From a virus, in IMG/VR virus record IMGVR_UViG_3300001530_000094: a stretch of 64,000 bases of DNA; one strand, 5' to 3'. Numbering within the stretch: the first letter of the stretch is position 1; the number at the start of each line of letters is the position of its first letter. The notes below the pieces were generated by a model. The model saw only the letters and a program-made list of their open reading frames with translations, did not search any database and was not told the DNA's origin. Positions 1 through 10,024 of the stretch are shown piece after piece. Both the position numbers and the translations under genes were made by a program.

Positions 1-564
1 TGTATAAACAGAGGACATGAATCAGTGTTAGAGCATGAAAAAATTACAATAACAATGATTTGTGATATTGGAGTATACAAAGATTTAACAAGACATAGAT
101 TAGCAAGTTATTCAATTGAAAGCACAAGATATTGTAACTATAGTAAAGATAAATTTGACAATCAAATTAAATTTATAAAACCAATATTTTATAAAGACTG
201 GAAAAATGAAGACTTAAATGAAGTAATTAAAGACAAAGATTTATACAAGTGTTATTTATGGGAAAATTGTATGCAAAATATAGAGCAAGACTACAATGCA
301 ATGTCTGAAGTTGGAGCATTACCTGATGAAATGAGAATGCTACTTCCTCATAGTACAGCAGCTAAAGTTACAATGACAGCTAACATAAGAGAATGGAAAC
401 ACATTTTATCACTAAGATGTAGTAATCACGCTCATCCAGCAATACAACAATTATTAATACCATTTTTATTAAAACTTAAAGAAGAAATGCCTGAAATTTT
501 TAATGATGTAGACTACAATGAAAATTTTCCAGAAGAAAAATATGCAAAATTAGTTATTTTATAG
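1..564 (+). CDS. thyX: Flavin-dependent thymidylate synthase ThyX, 5'-partial (continues upstream of the window)
   Basis: Frame is open from base 1 (CINRGHESVLEHEKITI...); GHxSxLEH and RHRLASYSIESTRY (RHRxxSxxxxSxR signature). Confidence 0.93.
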   Translation, partial: CINRGHESVLEHEKITITMICDIGVYKDLTRHRLASYSIESTRYCNYSKDKFDNQIKFIKPIFYKDWKNEDLNEVIKDKDLYKCYLWENCMQNIEQDYNAMSEVGALPDEMRMLLPHSTAAKVTMTANIREWKHILSLRCSNHAHPAIQQLLIPFLLKLKEEMPEIFNDVDYNENFPEEKYAKLVIL

Positions 565-574
565 GAGGAATAAG

Positions 575-772
575 ATGAAAGATAAATATAGATTCATATT
601 ATATCTTATAAGGTGGCAACTAAGTACTCCAATTTTAGCTTTATGTCTTAATCTACTACACTTTAATATTTTAGTGAATACTATAATAGCTAACTTAATT
701 GGAGGTATAATATTTTATTGGGTAGACAAATATATTTTTAATAAGGAGAGAAAAAATGATAGAGAAGAATGA
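575..772 (+). CDS. Small hypothetical membrane protein
   Basis: ORF with RBS (aggaggaataag) and a hydrophobic core. Confidence 0.6.
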   Translation: MKDKYRFILYLIRWQLSTPILALCLNLLHFNILVNTIIANLIGGIIFYWVDKYIFNKERKNDREE

Positions 773-968
773 TTTAGAAAAACTAGCAACTTTAATTAGT
801 GAAAAACTACCTGCAGGATATGGATTTTGTTTATTAACTTTTCCATTTTATAGAGAGGGAGACGAAAGATTACAATATGTATCTAGCGGAAGAAGAGATG
901 ATATAGTAAACGTTATGGAAGAATGGATAGAAAAAGTTAAAAATGAAAATTTTGGAAAGGATGTATAA
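756..968 (+). CDS. Hypothetical protein
   Basis: ORF tiled between neighbouring genes. Confidence 0.6.
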   Translation: MIEKNDLEKLATLISEKLPAGYGFCLLTFPFYREGDERLQYVSSGRRDDIVNVMEEWIEKVKNENFGKDV

Positions 969-970
969 TT

Positions 971-2287
971 ATGGAAGAAAAAATGAGTTATGATGAATGG
1001 TTAGACTCTAGAACTTACGAATACTTTATTGATTTAGAGAAAAAAAGACAGGATGAAAATATTGAACTAATAGCAAGTGAGAATTTTCCAAGTGAAAGGA
1101 TTCTAAATGCTGCAGGAAGTATACTCACAAATAAATACTCTGAAGGTTATCCTGGAAAGAGATATTACGGAGGATGTTATCATATAGATGAAATAGAACA
1201 AAAAGCTATAAATGATGCTTGTAAATTATTTCATGCTAATTTTGCAAATGTACAACCTCATTGTGGAAGTTCAGCAAATCAAGCTGTATATAGAGCATTA
1301 TTAGAACATGGAGACACAGTTTTAGGGATGGACTTAGGAGCTGGAGGACATTTAACACATGGACATAAGATGAGTTTTTCAGGACAAGACTATAACATAG
1401 TTTCTTATGGTGTAAATGAGGAAGGTTATATTGACTTAGAAGACTTTACTAAGAAGTTATATGAGTATGAACCTAAGATGGTAATTGTAGGAGCTAGTTC
1501 ATATTCTAGACTAATTGATTATGAAATATTTTTAAATATACTATATAACTTTGAGAAAGATAAAGGATGGAGACCATATTATATGGTAGATATGGCACAT
1601 GTTGCAGGACTAGTAGCTGGAGGAGTTCATCCTAATCCAGTAAATTATGCAGATGTAGTAACTTCTACTACTCATAAAACATTAAGAGGACCTAGAGGTG
1701 GACTTATTCTTTGGAATAGTAATGAATTAACAAAAAAGATAAATTCTGCTGTATTTCCTGGAATACAAGGTGGTCCATTAGAGCATATTATTTGTGCAAA
1801 AGGAATATGTTTTGAAGAAGCAATGAGACCGGAATTTGAAAGATATGCTAATCAAGTAATAGCAAATTCAAAAGTATTTGCTAATAAGTTTATAGAAAAT
1901 GGGTGGAAAGTGGTTTCTAATGGAACTGATAATCACATGTTTGTTTTAAACGTTATGGACTCAATTGGATTAACAGGAAAAGAAGTAGAGACAGAATTAG
2001 ATAAAATAAACATAACAGTAAATAAGAATCAAACTCCTAATGACCCATTACCTCCATTAAAATCTTCTGGAGTAAGAATTGGAACTGCAGCAATGACTAC
2101 AAAAGGCTGGTTAGAAGAAGATTTTGAAGAATTAGCTCAGACTATAATGACTTTTCTAGATGAAGTTGCTATGGAAGCAAATGGAGAAGCTAGAGGAATC
2201 TCAGTAGATTATGATGAATATAAAGAAAGAGTAAAATCTCTTTCAAATAAAGTTAAAGAAAGAAATAATCACAAAAAAGAGGTATAA
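971..2287 (+). CDS. glyA: Serine hydroxymethyltransferase
   Basis: ENIELIASENFPS, NKYSEGYPGKRYYGG, VDMAHVAGLVAGG, TSTTHKTLRGPRGG (PLP lysine motif). Confidence 0.96.
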   Translation: MEEKMSYDEWLDSRTYEYFIDLEKKRQDENIELIASENFPSERILNAAGSILTNKYSEGYPGKRYYGGCYHIDEIEQKAINDACKLFHANFANVQPHCGSSANQAVYRALLEHGDTVLGMDLGAGGHLTHGHKMSFSGQDYNIVSYGVNEEGYIDLEDFTKKLYEYEPKMVIVGASSYSRLIDYEIFLNILYNFEKDKGWRPYYMVDMAHVAGLVAGGVHPNPVNYADVVTSTTHKTLRGPRGGLILWNSNELTKKINSAVFPGIQGGPLEHIICAKGICFEEAMRPEFERYANQVIANSKVFANKFIENGWKVVSNGTDNHMFVLNVMDSIGLTGKEVETELDKINITVNKNQTPNDPLPPLKSSGVRIGTAAMTTKGWLEEDFEELAQTIMTFLDEVAMEANGEARGISVDYDEYKERVKSLSNKVKERNNHKKEV

Positions 2288-2289
2288 TA

Positions 2290-2970
2290 ATGAATAGAAA
2301 TGATTTAAGAAGATTAGAAAAAGCAGCTAGAGAGAAAGATAAAAAGTATTTAGCCGAGTGGGCAGATGATTTTGAAAATCAGTTAAGATATTTAATGAGA
2401 AAAGAGTATGAAGCTAGATATCAAGATGAAATAGAGAGTTCAATTGAAAACTTTTTATTAGCTACAGCTTATACTGCAGTGTTTAGTGAGTCAACTAATC
2501 TTCTTAAGTCTGGTAATCTTCCAGATTTTATGGAAGATTTATTTGTTACTATTGACTTATTTAGAACTGGAGAGTATAAACCTAAAGAATATGAAGAAAT
2601 ATTAAAAGAAAATGGTTTTGAAATGGATAAAATGAAATATAAGCCTAGAGAACATAAAGTTATTACACTGTGTGGAAGTACTAAATTCAAGGAAGATTTT
2701 CTAAGAAAGCAAGAAGAACTTACTCTAAAAGGTTATATTGTTTTATCTGTAGGTGTATTTGTTCATGATGATAACATAGAGGTAACTGAAGAGCAAAAAG
2801 TAGAGTTAGATAAAATACATAAAGATAAAATAAGAATGTCTGATGCAATTTATGTAATAAATAAAGATAATTACATAGGAGAGTCTACTAAATCAGAAAT
2901 TGAATTTGCTAAAGAATTAAATAAAACAGTGATGTATATGGAGGAAGAGGAAAAGTATGGAAAGAATTGA
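2290..2970 (+). CDS. Two-part protein: unknown N-terminal domain plus nucleoside 2-deoxyribosyltransferase-like/DUF4406-like C-terminus
   Basis: VITLCGSTKFKEDFLRKQEELTLKGYIVLSVG ... MSDAIYVINKDNYIGESTKSEIEFAKELNKTVMY. Confidence 0.7.
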   Translation: MNRNDLRRLEKAAREKDKKYLAEWADDFENQLRYLMRKEYEARYQDEIESSIENFLLATAYTAVFSESTNLLKSGNLPDFMEDLFVTIDLFRTGEYKPKEYEEILKENGFEMDKMKYKPREHKVITLCGSTKFKEDFLRKQEELTLKGYIVLSVGVFVHDDNIEVTEEQKVELDKIHKDKIRMSDAIYVINKDNYIGESTKSEIEFAKELNKTVMYMEEEEKYGKN

Positions 2971-3436
2971 TAAAATAAACTACTACTTGAATATCGCTGA
3001 GTCTGTCTCAGAAAGAAGCACTTGTTTAAAGAAACATTGGGGTTCTATAATTGTTAAAAATGATGAAATAATATCTACTGGCTTTAATGGAGCTCCTAGA
3101 GGAGTTAAAAGTTGCTTAGAATGTAATAAGTGTAATAGAGAAAATTCTGAAAGAGGTTCAGATTATAATCAATGTTTGGCTGTACATTCAGAGCAAAATG
3201 CGATAATACATGCTAGTAGAAATCAAATGCTGGAATCAGACATGTACTTAGTAGGAGTAGATTTTACAAATAACAATAAATATGTAGAAAACGCAGCTCC
3301 TTGCGCTTTATGCAAAAGAATGATAATAAATGCAGGCATTAAAAGAGTAATAGTTAGAGACAATAAACTAGAGTATAGAACACTGAATGTAGATGACTGG
3401 GTAAAAGATTCTAATATTCTATTAGGAGGTTATTAA
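2957..3436 (+). CDS. dCMP/CMP deaminase (ComEB/Dcd family)
   Basis: HAEQNAIIHASR and PCALCKRMIINAGIKRVI zinc-deaminase motifs. Confidence 0.93.
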   Translation: MERIDKINYYLNIAESVSERSTCLKKHWGSIIVKNDEIISTGFNGAPRGVKSCLECNKCNRENSERGSDYNQCLAVHSEQNAIIHASRNQMLESDMYLVGVDFTNNNKYVENAAPCALCKRMIINAGIKRVIVRDNKLEYRTLNVDDWVKDSNILLGGY

Positions 3437-3437
3437 A

Positions 3438-3749
3438 ATGGCTAAAGTAACTTATGAATTTAATGAGAGTGAAGAAGATAGAGACATAGAACTAGTAAAT
3501 GCTAGATATAAGATGATAAATGCTTTAAATGAGTTACAGAATTTTAGAAGAAAACTATACAAAGGTTGGCTAAGTAGTGAAGATATGATAAATGTAAAAG
3601 ATAATAAAGTTCTTACAAAAGAAGATTATGACAAGCTACATGAAGAAGGAAAACTATACTTTGAAGGCACTAAGAGATATATTAGTTATGATTATGTAGA
3701 ACAGAAAATAGACTATATCCTTAATGATATATCATTTTTGATAGACTAA
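3438..3749 (+). CDS. Hypothetical protein
   Basis: ORF, gene context. Confidence 0.55.
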   Translation: MAKVTYEFNESEEDRDIELVNARYKMINALNELQNFRRKLYKGWLSSEDMINVKDNKVLTKEDYDKLHEEGKLYFEGTKRYISYDYVEQKIDYILNDISFLID

Positions 3750-3776
3750 TATACATTATATTAGGAGGTACAACTA

Positions 3777-4028
3777 ATGATTATAGATGCCGCGATTTTA
3801 AAAGATAGTACCATCTACTCAGGAAGAAGGCATTTTATTATTATAAATAATGCTGAAAAAGGATTTTTTGAAGAAAATAGTGTTCAAGGCTTTATCACAG
3901 ACTCAGGAGAGTTCTTAGATAGAGAACAAGCTTTAGAACATGCATATAAGTGTAATCAAATTTCAAAGGCACTTTATAAAGAAAGAGTAAAATATAGTAA
4001 AGAATTATTCTCAGAAGATTTATGGTAA
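3777..4028 (+). CDS. Hypothetical protein
   Basis: ORF with RBS ggaggtacaacta. Confidence 0.55.
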   Translation: MIIDAAILKDSTIYSGRRHFIIINNAEKGFFEENSVQGFITDSGEFLDREQALEHAYKCNQISKALYKERVKYSKELFSEDLW

Positions 4029-4043
4029 TTTAGGAGGAAATAA

Positions 4044-5006
4044 GTGAAAGCTATTGATGAAAATTATATAATTGAAAGATATGAAGAAAATAATAAAACA
4101 CCAGTATTTATAGATTTATCAAATGTTGCTTATAGAAGTGCGTTTGTATTTACTCCAGATAAATTTAAAACTTCACAAGGAATACCTAATGGTCATCTTT
4201 TTGGAGTTTGCCAAGTTATAAAAACTTTATTAAACTTAAATTATGAGGTATACTTATGCAGAGATTTACAATCTAATTTTAGAAAGAAACTAAATGAAAA
4301 CTATAAAGCAAATAGACAAACTGAAGATTCAGGAATCAGTGTTCATAGTTTATTAAATAGAGCAATAAATCCTTTAATAAGTGAACTTCAAAATGTACAT
4401 GTACTATCTAAAACTAATTTTGAAGCTGACGACATAATGTTTTCAGCTTCAAAGTGCTGTAGTTACCATAATATTAAATGTTGGATAATGTCTACAGATA
4501 AAGACTTGTGTCAAGCTTTAGACAATAATATATCTATAGCTCATAAATTTACTATTAAGGGTCCTCAAGAAATAGTTACTACAGAAAGTGAATATTATAT
4601 AAAAAATTTTGGAGATATAGAACCTAGATGTTTACCACTTTATAGAGCATTTAAAGGAGATGCTTCAGATAATTTGGAGGCTCCTGTGAAAAGATTTCCG
4701 AAAGATTTGTTAGAAGAACTGTGTAAAGATTATGCAGATAAAAACTACTCAGATGAAATAGCAGTTCTTTTATTGAGTCATAAATGTAGTAAGAAATCAC
4801 ATGAAAAATGGATGAAACAACTAACTACTGATAGAGATATATTTATTCAACTGTATAATAACTATAGAATTATGAAATTAAATCCAATTCCGATAGAAGT
4901 AGAAGATGAACCTTTAGTAGAAAATGCATTTAATATAATAACAGACGAGTTTGAACTATGGGGATTCAAAAAGTTTGTGAAAGAATATAATTTAGGAGGT
5001 AACTAG
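4044..5006 (+). CDS. 5'-3' exonuclease/FEN-like nuclease (T4 RNase H type)
   Basis: VFIDLSNVAYRSAF, NFRKKLNENYKANR, NFEADDIMFSA, STDKDLCQAL, FKGDASDNL. Confidence 0.88.
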   Translation: MKAIDENYIIERYEENNKTPVFIDLSNVAYRSAFVFTPDKFKTSQGIPNGHLFGVCQVIKTLLNLNYEVYLCRDLQSNFRKKLNENYKANRQTEDSGISVHSLLNRAINPLISELQNVHVLSKTNFEADDIMFSASKCCSYHNIKCWIMSTDKDLCQALDNNISIAHKFTIKGPQEIVTTESEYYIKNFGDIEPRCLPLYRAFKGDASDNLEAPVKRFPKDLLEELCKDYADKNYSDEIAVLLLSHKCSKKSHEKWMKQLTTDRDIFIQLYNNYRIMKLNPIPIEVEDEPLVENAFNIITDEFELWGFKKFVKEYNLGGN

Positions 5007-5336
5007 ATGCACCAGAATGACTCAGAATTAAATAAAAATAATGAACAATGGAATTATATATCTGTAATATTTGAAAATGTACATTATCCATTTGATTATC
5101 CGAAAGTACTAAATGATAGTTCTTTTAGAAATGAAATTTATGGAAGAGCTATAAAATACACTTATAAAGTTAAAGACGGAAAGATTCCTAATTTGGTAGA
5201 GGGTAGAATACTTTCAATAAATAATAGGGATAGAATTTCTAGAGTTTTAGTAACTAATATAGGACTAAAAGAATCAGATATAACTTTTCCTATAGATAAA
5301 ATTAAAGAACTTCCATTGTATAAAGGAGAGAAATAA
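5007..5336 (+). CDS. Hypothetical protein
   Basis: ORF, RBS, gene context. Confidence 0.55.
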   Translation: MHQNDSELNKNNEQWNYISVIFENVHYPFDYPKVLNDSSFRNEIYGRAIKYTYKVKDGKIPNLVEGRILSINNRDRISRVLVTNIGLKESDITFPIDKIKELPLYKGEK

Positions 5337-5626
5337 TGTATATTCAAACAAAGTATAATATAGGAGATAGAATTTGGGTAGTTTATGAACAAATGCTTTA
5401 CACTGAACATTACAGAGGTCCAGCTGGAGAAGTTACAGTATATTCAACAAAAATAGTAGATATATTATTCCCTAAAAGTGGGAAAATAGAGTACGGAACA
5501 GACACAGAAGGAGGAGATTCTATCTTAGAAGAAGATATAATTTTGTATGATGATTTAGATTTATTAGCTAAAAGAGTAAAAGAATTGGATGATAAAATAA
5601 GAAAAAGAGAGGAGAATGAGGAATGA
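5336..5626 (+). CDS. Hypothetical protein
   Basis: ORF overlapping neighbours. Confidence 0.55.
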   Translation: MYIQTKYNIGDRIWVVYEQMLYTEHYRGPAGEVTVYSTKIVDILFPKSGKIEYGTDTEGGDSILEEDIILYDDLDLLAKRVKELDDKIRKREENEE

Positions 5627-6657
5627 AATTAGTATTTGTGGGAGATACTCATTTAACTCCAGTGTCTCCGTCTTCTCGTAAAGAGACAAATGAAGAATAT
5701 AGAGATTTAGAGTTTAAAAAGCTAAAATATATTTATGAAAATATAGCTTCAGAAAAGAATGATAAGGTTATAATTACAGGAGATGTTTTTCATTCTTCTT
5801 CATTATCCATGATGGCTGGAACTCCTAAGTTTTATAACGACATAATAGACTTAATGAGTACAAGAGAGACATACTCTATTATTGGAAATCATGATATGTA
5901 TTATAGAAATGAAGATAGTGAAAATTCTACTATTTTAGCAAATTTATTTAAAACTAGCGTACAACACTTAGACAAAGTAGAATTTAATACACAATCTTAT
6001 AGGTATGATAGTAACTTTGGAGTAAATCAAGTATTTAATAGAACAATAAGACTTTATGGTGTAGATTATATGAAAGACTTCCCTAAGTTACATTTTGTAG
6101 ATGATGCATATAATATTATAGTAACACATTCATTTTTTGAAGATAATTTTTATGGAGCTAAAGGTAATGAAAACCTAACAATAGAAGCAATACAAAATAT
6201 TTTAGGAAAATATGATGCAGTAGTTTTAGGACATGACCATTCACCATATCCAATTATAGATATAGATAATACTCTTACACATAATAGTAAGACTAAAATT
6301 ATTAGACCTGGAAGTTTGATGAGAGGAACTTCTCATACTTGTCAAGTAAACAGAATACCTCAGGTTGCAGTATTTGATACAAACACTTTAAATTGGGAAT
6401 ATGTTCAAATTCCAGTAGCTCCAGGACAAGAAGTATTTAAAGAGAAAGTAATTTTAGAAAAAGAATTAGATGTAAATATGGAAACTATTTTAAAAAATAT
6501 AGATAGCTATGATAAATCAGTTGGCATTTATAACTTTATAAAATCTCAAGAGACTAGAGGTAAAGAAGTATTCGGAGATAGATATTATGACATAATAAAT
6601 TTAATAAAGCAGTATCTAAATAGCTTTGGCTTTATAGAAAATGGAGGGAATAAATGA
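5623..6657 (+). CDS. SbcD/Mre11-like (T4 gp47-type) metallophosphoesterase
   Basis: FVGDTHLTP, ITGDVFHS, IIGNHDMYY, IVTHSFFED, VLGHDHSP. Confidence 0.88.
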   Translation: MKLVFVGDTHLTPVSPSSRKETNEEYRDLEFKKLKYIYENIASEKNDKVIITGDVFHSSSLSMMAGTPKFYNDIIDLMSTRETYSIIGNHDMYYRNEDSENSTILANLFKTSVQHLDKVEFNTQSYRYDSNFGVNQVFNRTIRLYGVDYMKDFPKLHFVDDAYNIIVTHSFFEDNFYGAKGNENLTIEAIQNILGKYDAVVLGHDHSPYPIIDIDNTLTHNSKTKIIRPGSLMRGTSHTCQVNRIPQVAVFDTNTLNWEYVQIPVAPGQEVFKEKVILEKELDVNMETILKNIDSYDKSVGIYNFIKSQETRGKEVFGDRYYDIINLIKQYLNSFGFIENGGNK

Positions 6658-6971
6658 CACTTCAAAACTTGAAAGATGAAATTACTGAAAAAGGTGAAAT
6701 TCCTATGTATGGTATGAAATTTAGACTTCTAGATGATGATTTAGTTAGGATTTTTATTTCTAATAATAAATTTGAAATGAGATATGATAAATTTGTAGGT
6801 ACATCAGACCTAGGTTTTTCAACTAATATTATGAAGACAGAGTTAACTAAATTAACTATAGAGAAAGATGAAAAACTTCCTCATAAGATGATTTTAGTAA
6901 TTGATTTAAGACCTAAGAAAAAGAAGAAAGTAATTGATACAGGAATAAATGCAAGAATGAAATTAAATTGA
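6654..6971 (+). CDS. Hypothetical protein
   Basis: ORF, gene context. Confidence 0.5.
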   Translation: MTLQNLKDEITEKGEIPMYGMKFRLLDDDLVRIFISNNKFEMRYDKFVGTSDLGFSTNIMKTELTKLTIEKDEKLPHKMILVIDLRPKKKKKVIDTGINARMKLN

Positions 6972-6985
6972 TTGGAGGTAATATT

Positions 6986-8152
6986 ATGAAAGCTTTGGCA
7001 ATGTATATATTTTGTGGAAGCTTAGGAATAGGAATAATGCAAGCAGGTTTTAAGATAGATAAAGTATTAGAAATAACTGATGAAATGTTGGAAGAAAATT
7101 CTAAACACTTTATTCATAACTATCCAGATATTCCCGTAATAAAGCCTTCATTATGGAATAATACTATTTATAAGAATGAATTATTCAAAGAAAATTATGA
7201 TTTATTAGCAGGTAATCCACCTTGTTCTGGACTATCTCAAATAAATAGACATGCTTCTTCAGACAATCTTACAAATCAATATATGTATAATTTTATAGAT
7301 ACAGTATCTTATGTACAACCTAAAACATTCCTAATGGAGAATGCTCCAACTTTAATTAGTAGAGGCAAAGTAATTTTAGACTATATGGTATCAATTCTTA
7401 GCAGTGATTACTACATATACATAATAAGAGACTATGCTGGAAATCATAAAGTTCCAATGAAAAGACAAAGAACAATAGTACTTGGTTTTAGGAAAAATTT
7501 CTTTGAAGGAGTTCCAGTCTTAAAAGATTATGAAGAAGTTACAGGTGAAATTACTGCTGGTGAAGTTTTATCAGAGATTTCTGAAAATTCTCCTAATATG
7601 TATTTAGAAGAGAATAGAAGTTGTAAAGATTTAGAGAAATATTTAGAATATATACAAGTAAATAAGTCAATAATGCATTCTTTATCAGAATTTTCTGAAG
7701 ATTTCATAAATAATTTAGATATATCTGAAAAAAGAAAGAAAAATATTTTAACTTTAAAAAGAAAGATGAATGCTGGTAAAGGAGTATTTGATAAAACACC
7801 GTTTAAACTTGATAAAAATTTGGTAGCTCCTAGTATGACATCTTTATCAGAATTTATAAATCCAGTATATGACAGACATTTATACATAAGAGAATATGCA
7901 AAACTTATGGGATATCCAGATGATTTTGAATTTGTAAAAGATGCAAAAGTTCCATACATTCAGTCTATAGCTCAGGGAGTTCCGGTGAATTTTGCAAAAT
8001 GGGCAGCTATGAATGTAAAAGATGCTCTAGAGAAGAAGTCTAAATTTTTAAAAGACATAGATATTGTAGTAGAAAATAGATGTAATCCTAAGAAGATAAA
8101 AACAATGTTTTATTCTAAGGAGAAATTTTTCAATACTGATAATATATGCTAA
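6986..8152 (+). CDS. C5-cytosine DNA methyltransferase family, divergent
   Basis: YIFCGSLGIGIMQAGF (motif I), GNPPCSGLSQ (motif IV), ENAPT (motif VI), KRQRTIVLGFRK (motif VIII), AQGVPVNFAKW (motif X-like). ATG at 6986 follows a good RBS; the supplied ORF begins at 6968. Confidence 0.82.
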   Translation: MKALAMYIFCGSLGIGIMQAGFKIDKVLEITDEMLEENSKHFIHNYPDIPVIKPSLWNNTIYKNELFKENYDLLAGNPPCSGLSQINRHASSDNLTNQYMYNFIDTVSYVQPKTFLMENAPTLISRGKVILDYMVSILSSDYYIYIIRDYAGNHKVPMKRQRTIVLGFRKNFFEGVPVLKDYEEVTGEITAGEVLSEISENSPNMYLEENRSCKDLEKYLEYIQVNKSIMHSLSEFSEDFINNLDISEKRKKNILTLKRKMNAGKGVFDKTPFKLDKNLVAPSMTSLSEFINPVYDRHLYIREYAKLMGYPDDFEFVKDAKVPYIQSIAQGVPVNFAKWAAMNVKDALEKKSKFLKDIDIVVENRCNPKKIKTMFYSKEKFFNTDNIC

Positions 8153-8195
8153 AAGCATATTATTATATATAAAATATTTAAAAGGAGGAACCATT

Positions 8196-8474
8196 ATGGA
8201 TAAAATGGGAAAAACAGAATTTATTGATGCTGTTGCTAACAGAGCAGGAGTTACAAAGAAAGATACTTATGCAGTATATGAAGCAATAGTTTCAGAAATT
8301 ACTGAACAATTAGCTAACAGAAGAAAGGTTTCACTAGTTGGTTTTGGTAACTTTGAAGTAAGACATAGAAGCGCTAGACGCGGTGTAAATCCAACAACTA
8401 AAGAGAAAATAGATATTCCTGAGAAGGATGTTCCTAAATTTAGCTTTAGCTCAGCTATAAAGAACTCAATCTAA
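8196..8474 (+). CDS. HU-family DNA-binding protein
   Basis: KTEFIDAVANRAGVTKKD...VSLVGFGNFEVRHRSARRGVNPTTKEKIDIP. Confidence 0.95.
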   Translation: MDKMGKTEFIDAVANRAGVTKKDTYAVYEAIVSEITEQLANRRKVSLVGFGNFEVRHRSARRGVNPTTKEKIDIPEKDVPKFSFSSAIKNSI

Positions 8475-8491
8475 TTTAGAGAAAATTCAAG

Positions 8492-8530
8492 ATAGTGACA
8501 TATTATATAATAAGATATGTCACTATTTTT
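8492..8530 (+). terminator. Intrinsic terminator-like hairpin after HU
   Basis: ATAGTGACATAT ... ATATGTCACTAT followed by TTTTT. Confidence 0.75.
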
Positions 8531-8549
8531 GTGAAGAAAGGAGGTAAAT

Positions 8550-9656
8550 ATGGAGGACTTAAATTATTTAAGAACAGAATATAATTCTATAGTCTTAGAG
8601 AAAGATGAGCTTATAAAAACGTTAAACTTAGTTTCTAAAGTTTCTCATACTAATTCATCTTCTATAGAGTGTAGTTGTTTAACATTTATCCCAGACTGGA
8701 AAAGAAAGACTTTAACTTTAACAGTAACAAATGATTTAACATATTTTAAAAATAATGTAGAATTGTTAGGAGAAAGTGATAAAGCTCTTACAGATACATT
8801 TTCAATAAAAATAGAAACTCTTAATAAGATAAAGCAATTCTTTAGAAACAAGGTTCTAATTTATAAGAAAGAATCAGAATTTTATATTAGACTTTTAGAT
8901 GGGGACTTATTAATACACACAGCAACTCCTAATATGCAGAGACTTTATTTTACTTCATCTATTAATTCTTTAGTTTATGAAGCAAATGTAGAAGATTTTT
9001 GTAATATTTTATCAATATATGGTAATATGTCAGATGATTATTCAGATAAATGGCTATCGTTTGATACGGATAAAATAAGTTTGTGTGGTACAACTTTTTA
9101 TGCAGAAACAAAAATTAAAACACCTCTTATGTGTCTACTTATGTCAGATATAGAGTTAATAATAAAATTATCTCAGTATTACTCTTCAGACACTATACAA
9201 ATTTTTTCAACAGATTCAGTAAATTCTATACCTAGGTTACAAATAAAAGTCGCAAACATAGAGATAGAAGTGTTAAACGTACTATCAAGCATTAATAAAA
9301 CTACAATTAGTACTTTAACAACTTTTGTAGAAGAACCAACACACATAATAGAAACAGAAGCTGTGAAAAGAGTTATAAATATTGCTATGAGTTTAGTAGA
9401 TATAGAAAAAGATTTAAGAATTAAAATTTCTGATAAAGGTATAGTAATTATATTAAGAAGTTCTAAGGGTGACTCAGAATTTAACCTGAATACACAGAAG
9501 TTAAAAGAAAGTAGCAAAAAAGAAGTAGTTTTAAGTGTAAATACATTAAATAAAATAATAGGTTCTATAAATTCAGAGAAAATAGGAATTTGTTTAGGCA
9601 AAGTTTATACTAGCATTTCTTCTGAAAATACTAGAGCTATAATATTAAATAAGTAG
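8550..9656 (+). CDS. Beta sliding clamp-like protein (DnaN family)
   Basis: DnaN-like architecture (VEANVEDFCNIL..., VNTLNKIIGSINSEKI) directly before primase and DnaX. Confidence 0.6.
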   Translation: MEDLNYLRTEYNSIVLEKDELIKTLNLVSKVSHTNSSSIECSCLTFIPDWKRKTLTLTVTNDLTYFKNNVELLGESDKALTDTFSIKIETLNKIKQFFRNKVLIYKKESEFYIRLLDGDLLIHTATPNMQRLYFTSSINSLVYEANVEDFCNILSIYGNMSDDYSDKWLSFDTDKISLCGTTFYAETKIKTPLMCLLMSDIELIIKLSQYYSSDTIQIFSTDSVNSIPRLQIKVANIEIEVLNVLSSINKTTISTLTTFVEEPTHIIETEAVKRVINIAMSLVDIEKDLRIKISDKGIVIILRSSKGDSEFNLNTQKLKESSKKEVVLSVNTLNKIIGSINSEKIGICLGKVYTSISSENTRAIILNK

Positions 9657-9661
9657 AGAGG

Positions 9662-10024
9662 GTGAAGTATAGAATGAGTATGCCTTTAAGTGAAGAAGAA
9701 AAAGAAAAACTTAAACTAATTAGAAAAAAGTTTAATAAAAATATTGATTCAAATCTAACTACAGAATTTATTGATAAAGTTATAGCAAATAAGATTATGT
9801 ATGGAGCAAATATTTTAGATTATAATGAAGCAATCAATTTTTGTAAAGAAAAAGACTTAAATGCAAATATTTTTAAAGCAATTTTATGTTATTCTATTAA
9901 AGGAGAGCCTAAAGTTTCTCAAAGTACGATAGGTAATTGGTTTAATGAAACTTCAGCATTAGGAGATAAAGTAAGATATATGGTAACTAAATACTATGAT
10001 GATATAATGAGGAGTAGAAAATGA
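9662..10024 (+). CDS. Hypothetical protein
   Basis: ORF, gene context. Supplied start; an ATG near 9674 is possible. Confidence 0.5.
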   Translation: MKYRMSMPLSEEEKEKLKLIRKKFNKNIDSNLTTEFIDKVIANKIMYGANILDYNEAINFCKEKDLNANIFKAILCYSIKGEPKVSQSTIGNWFNETSALGDKVRYMVTKYYDDIMRSRK

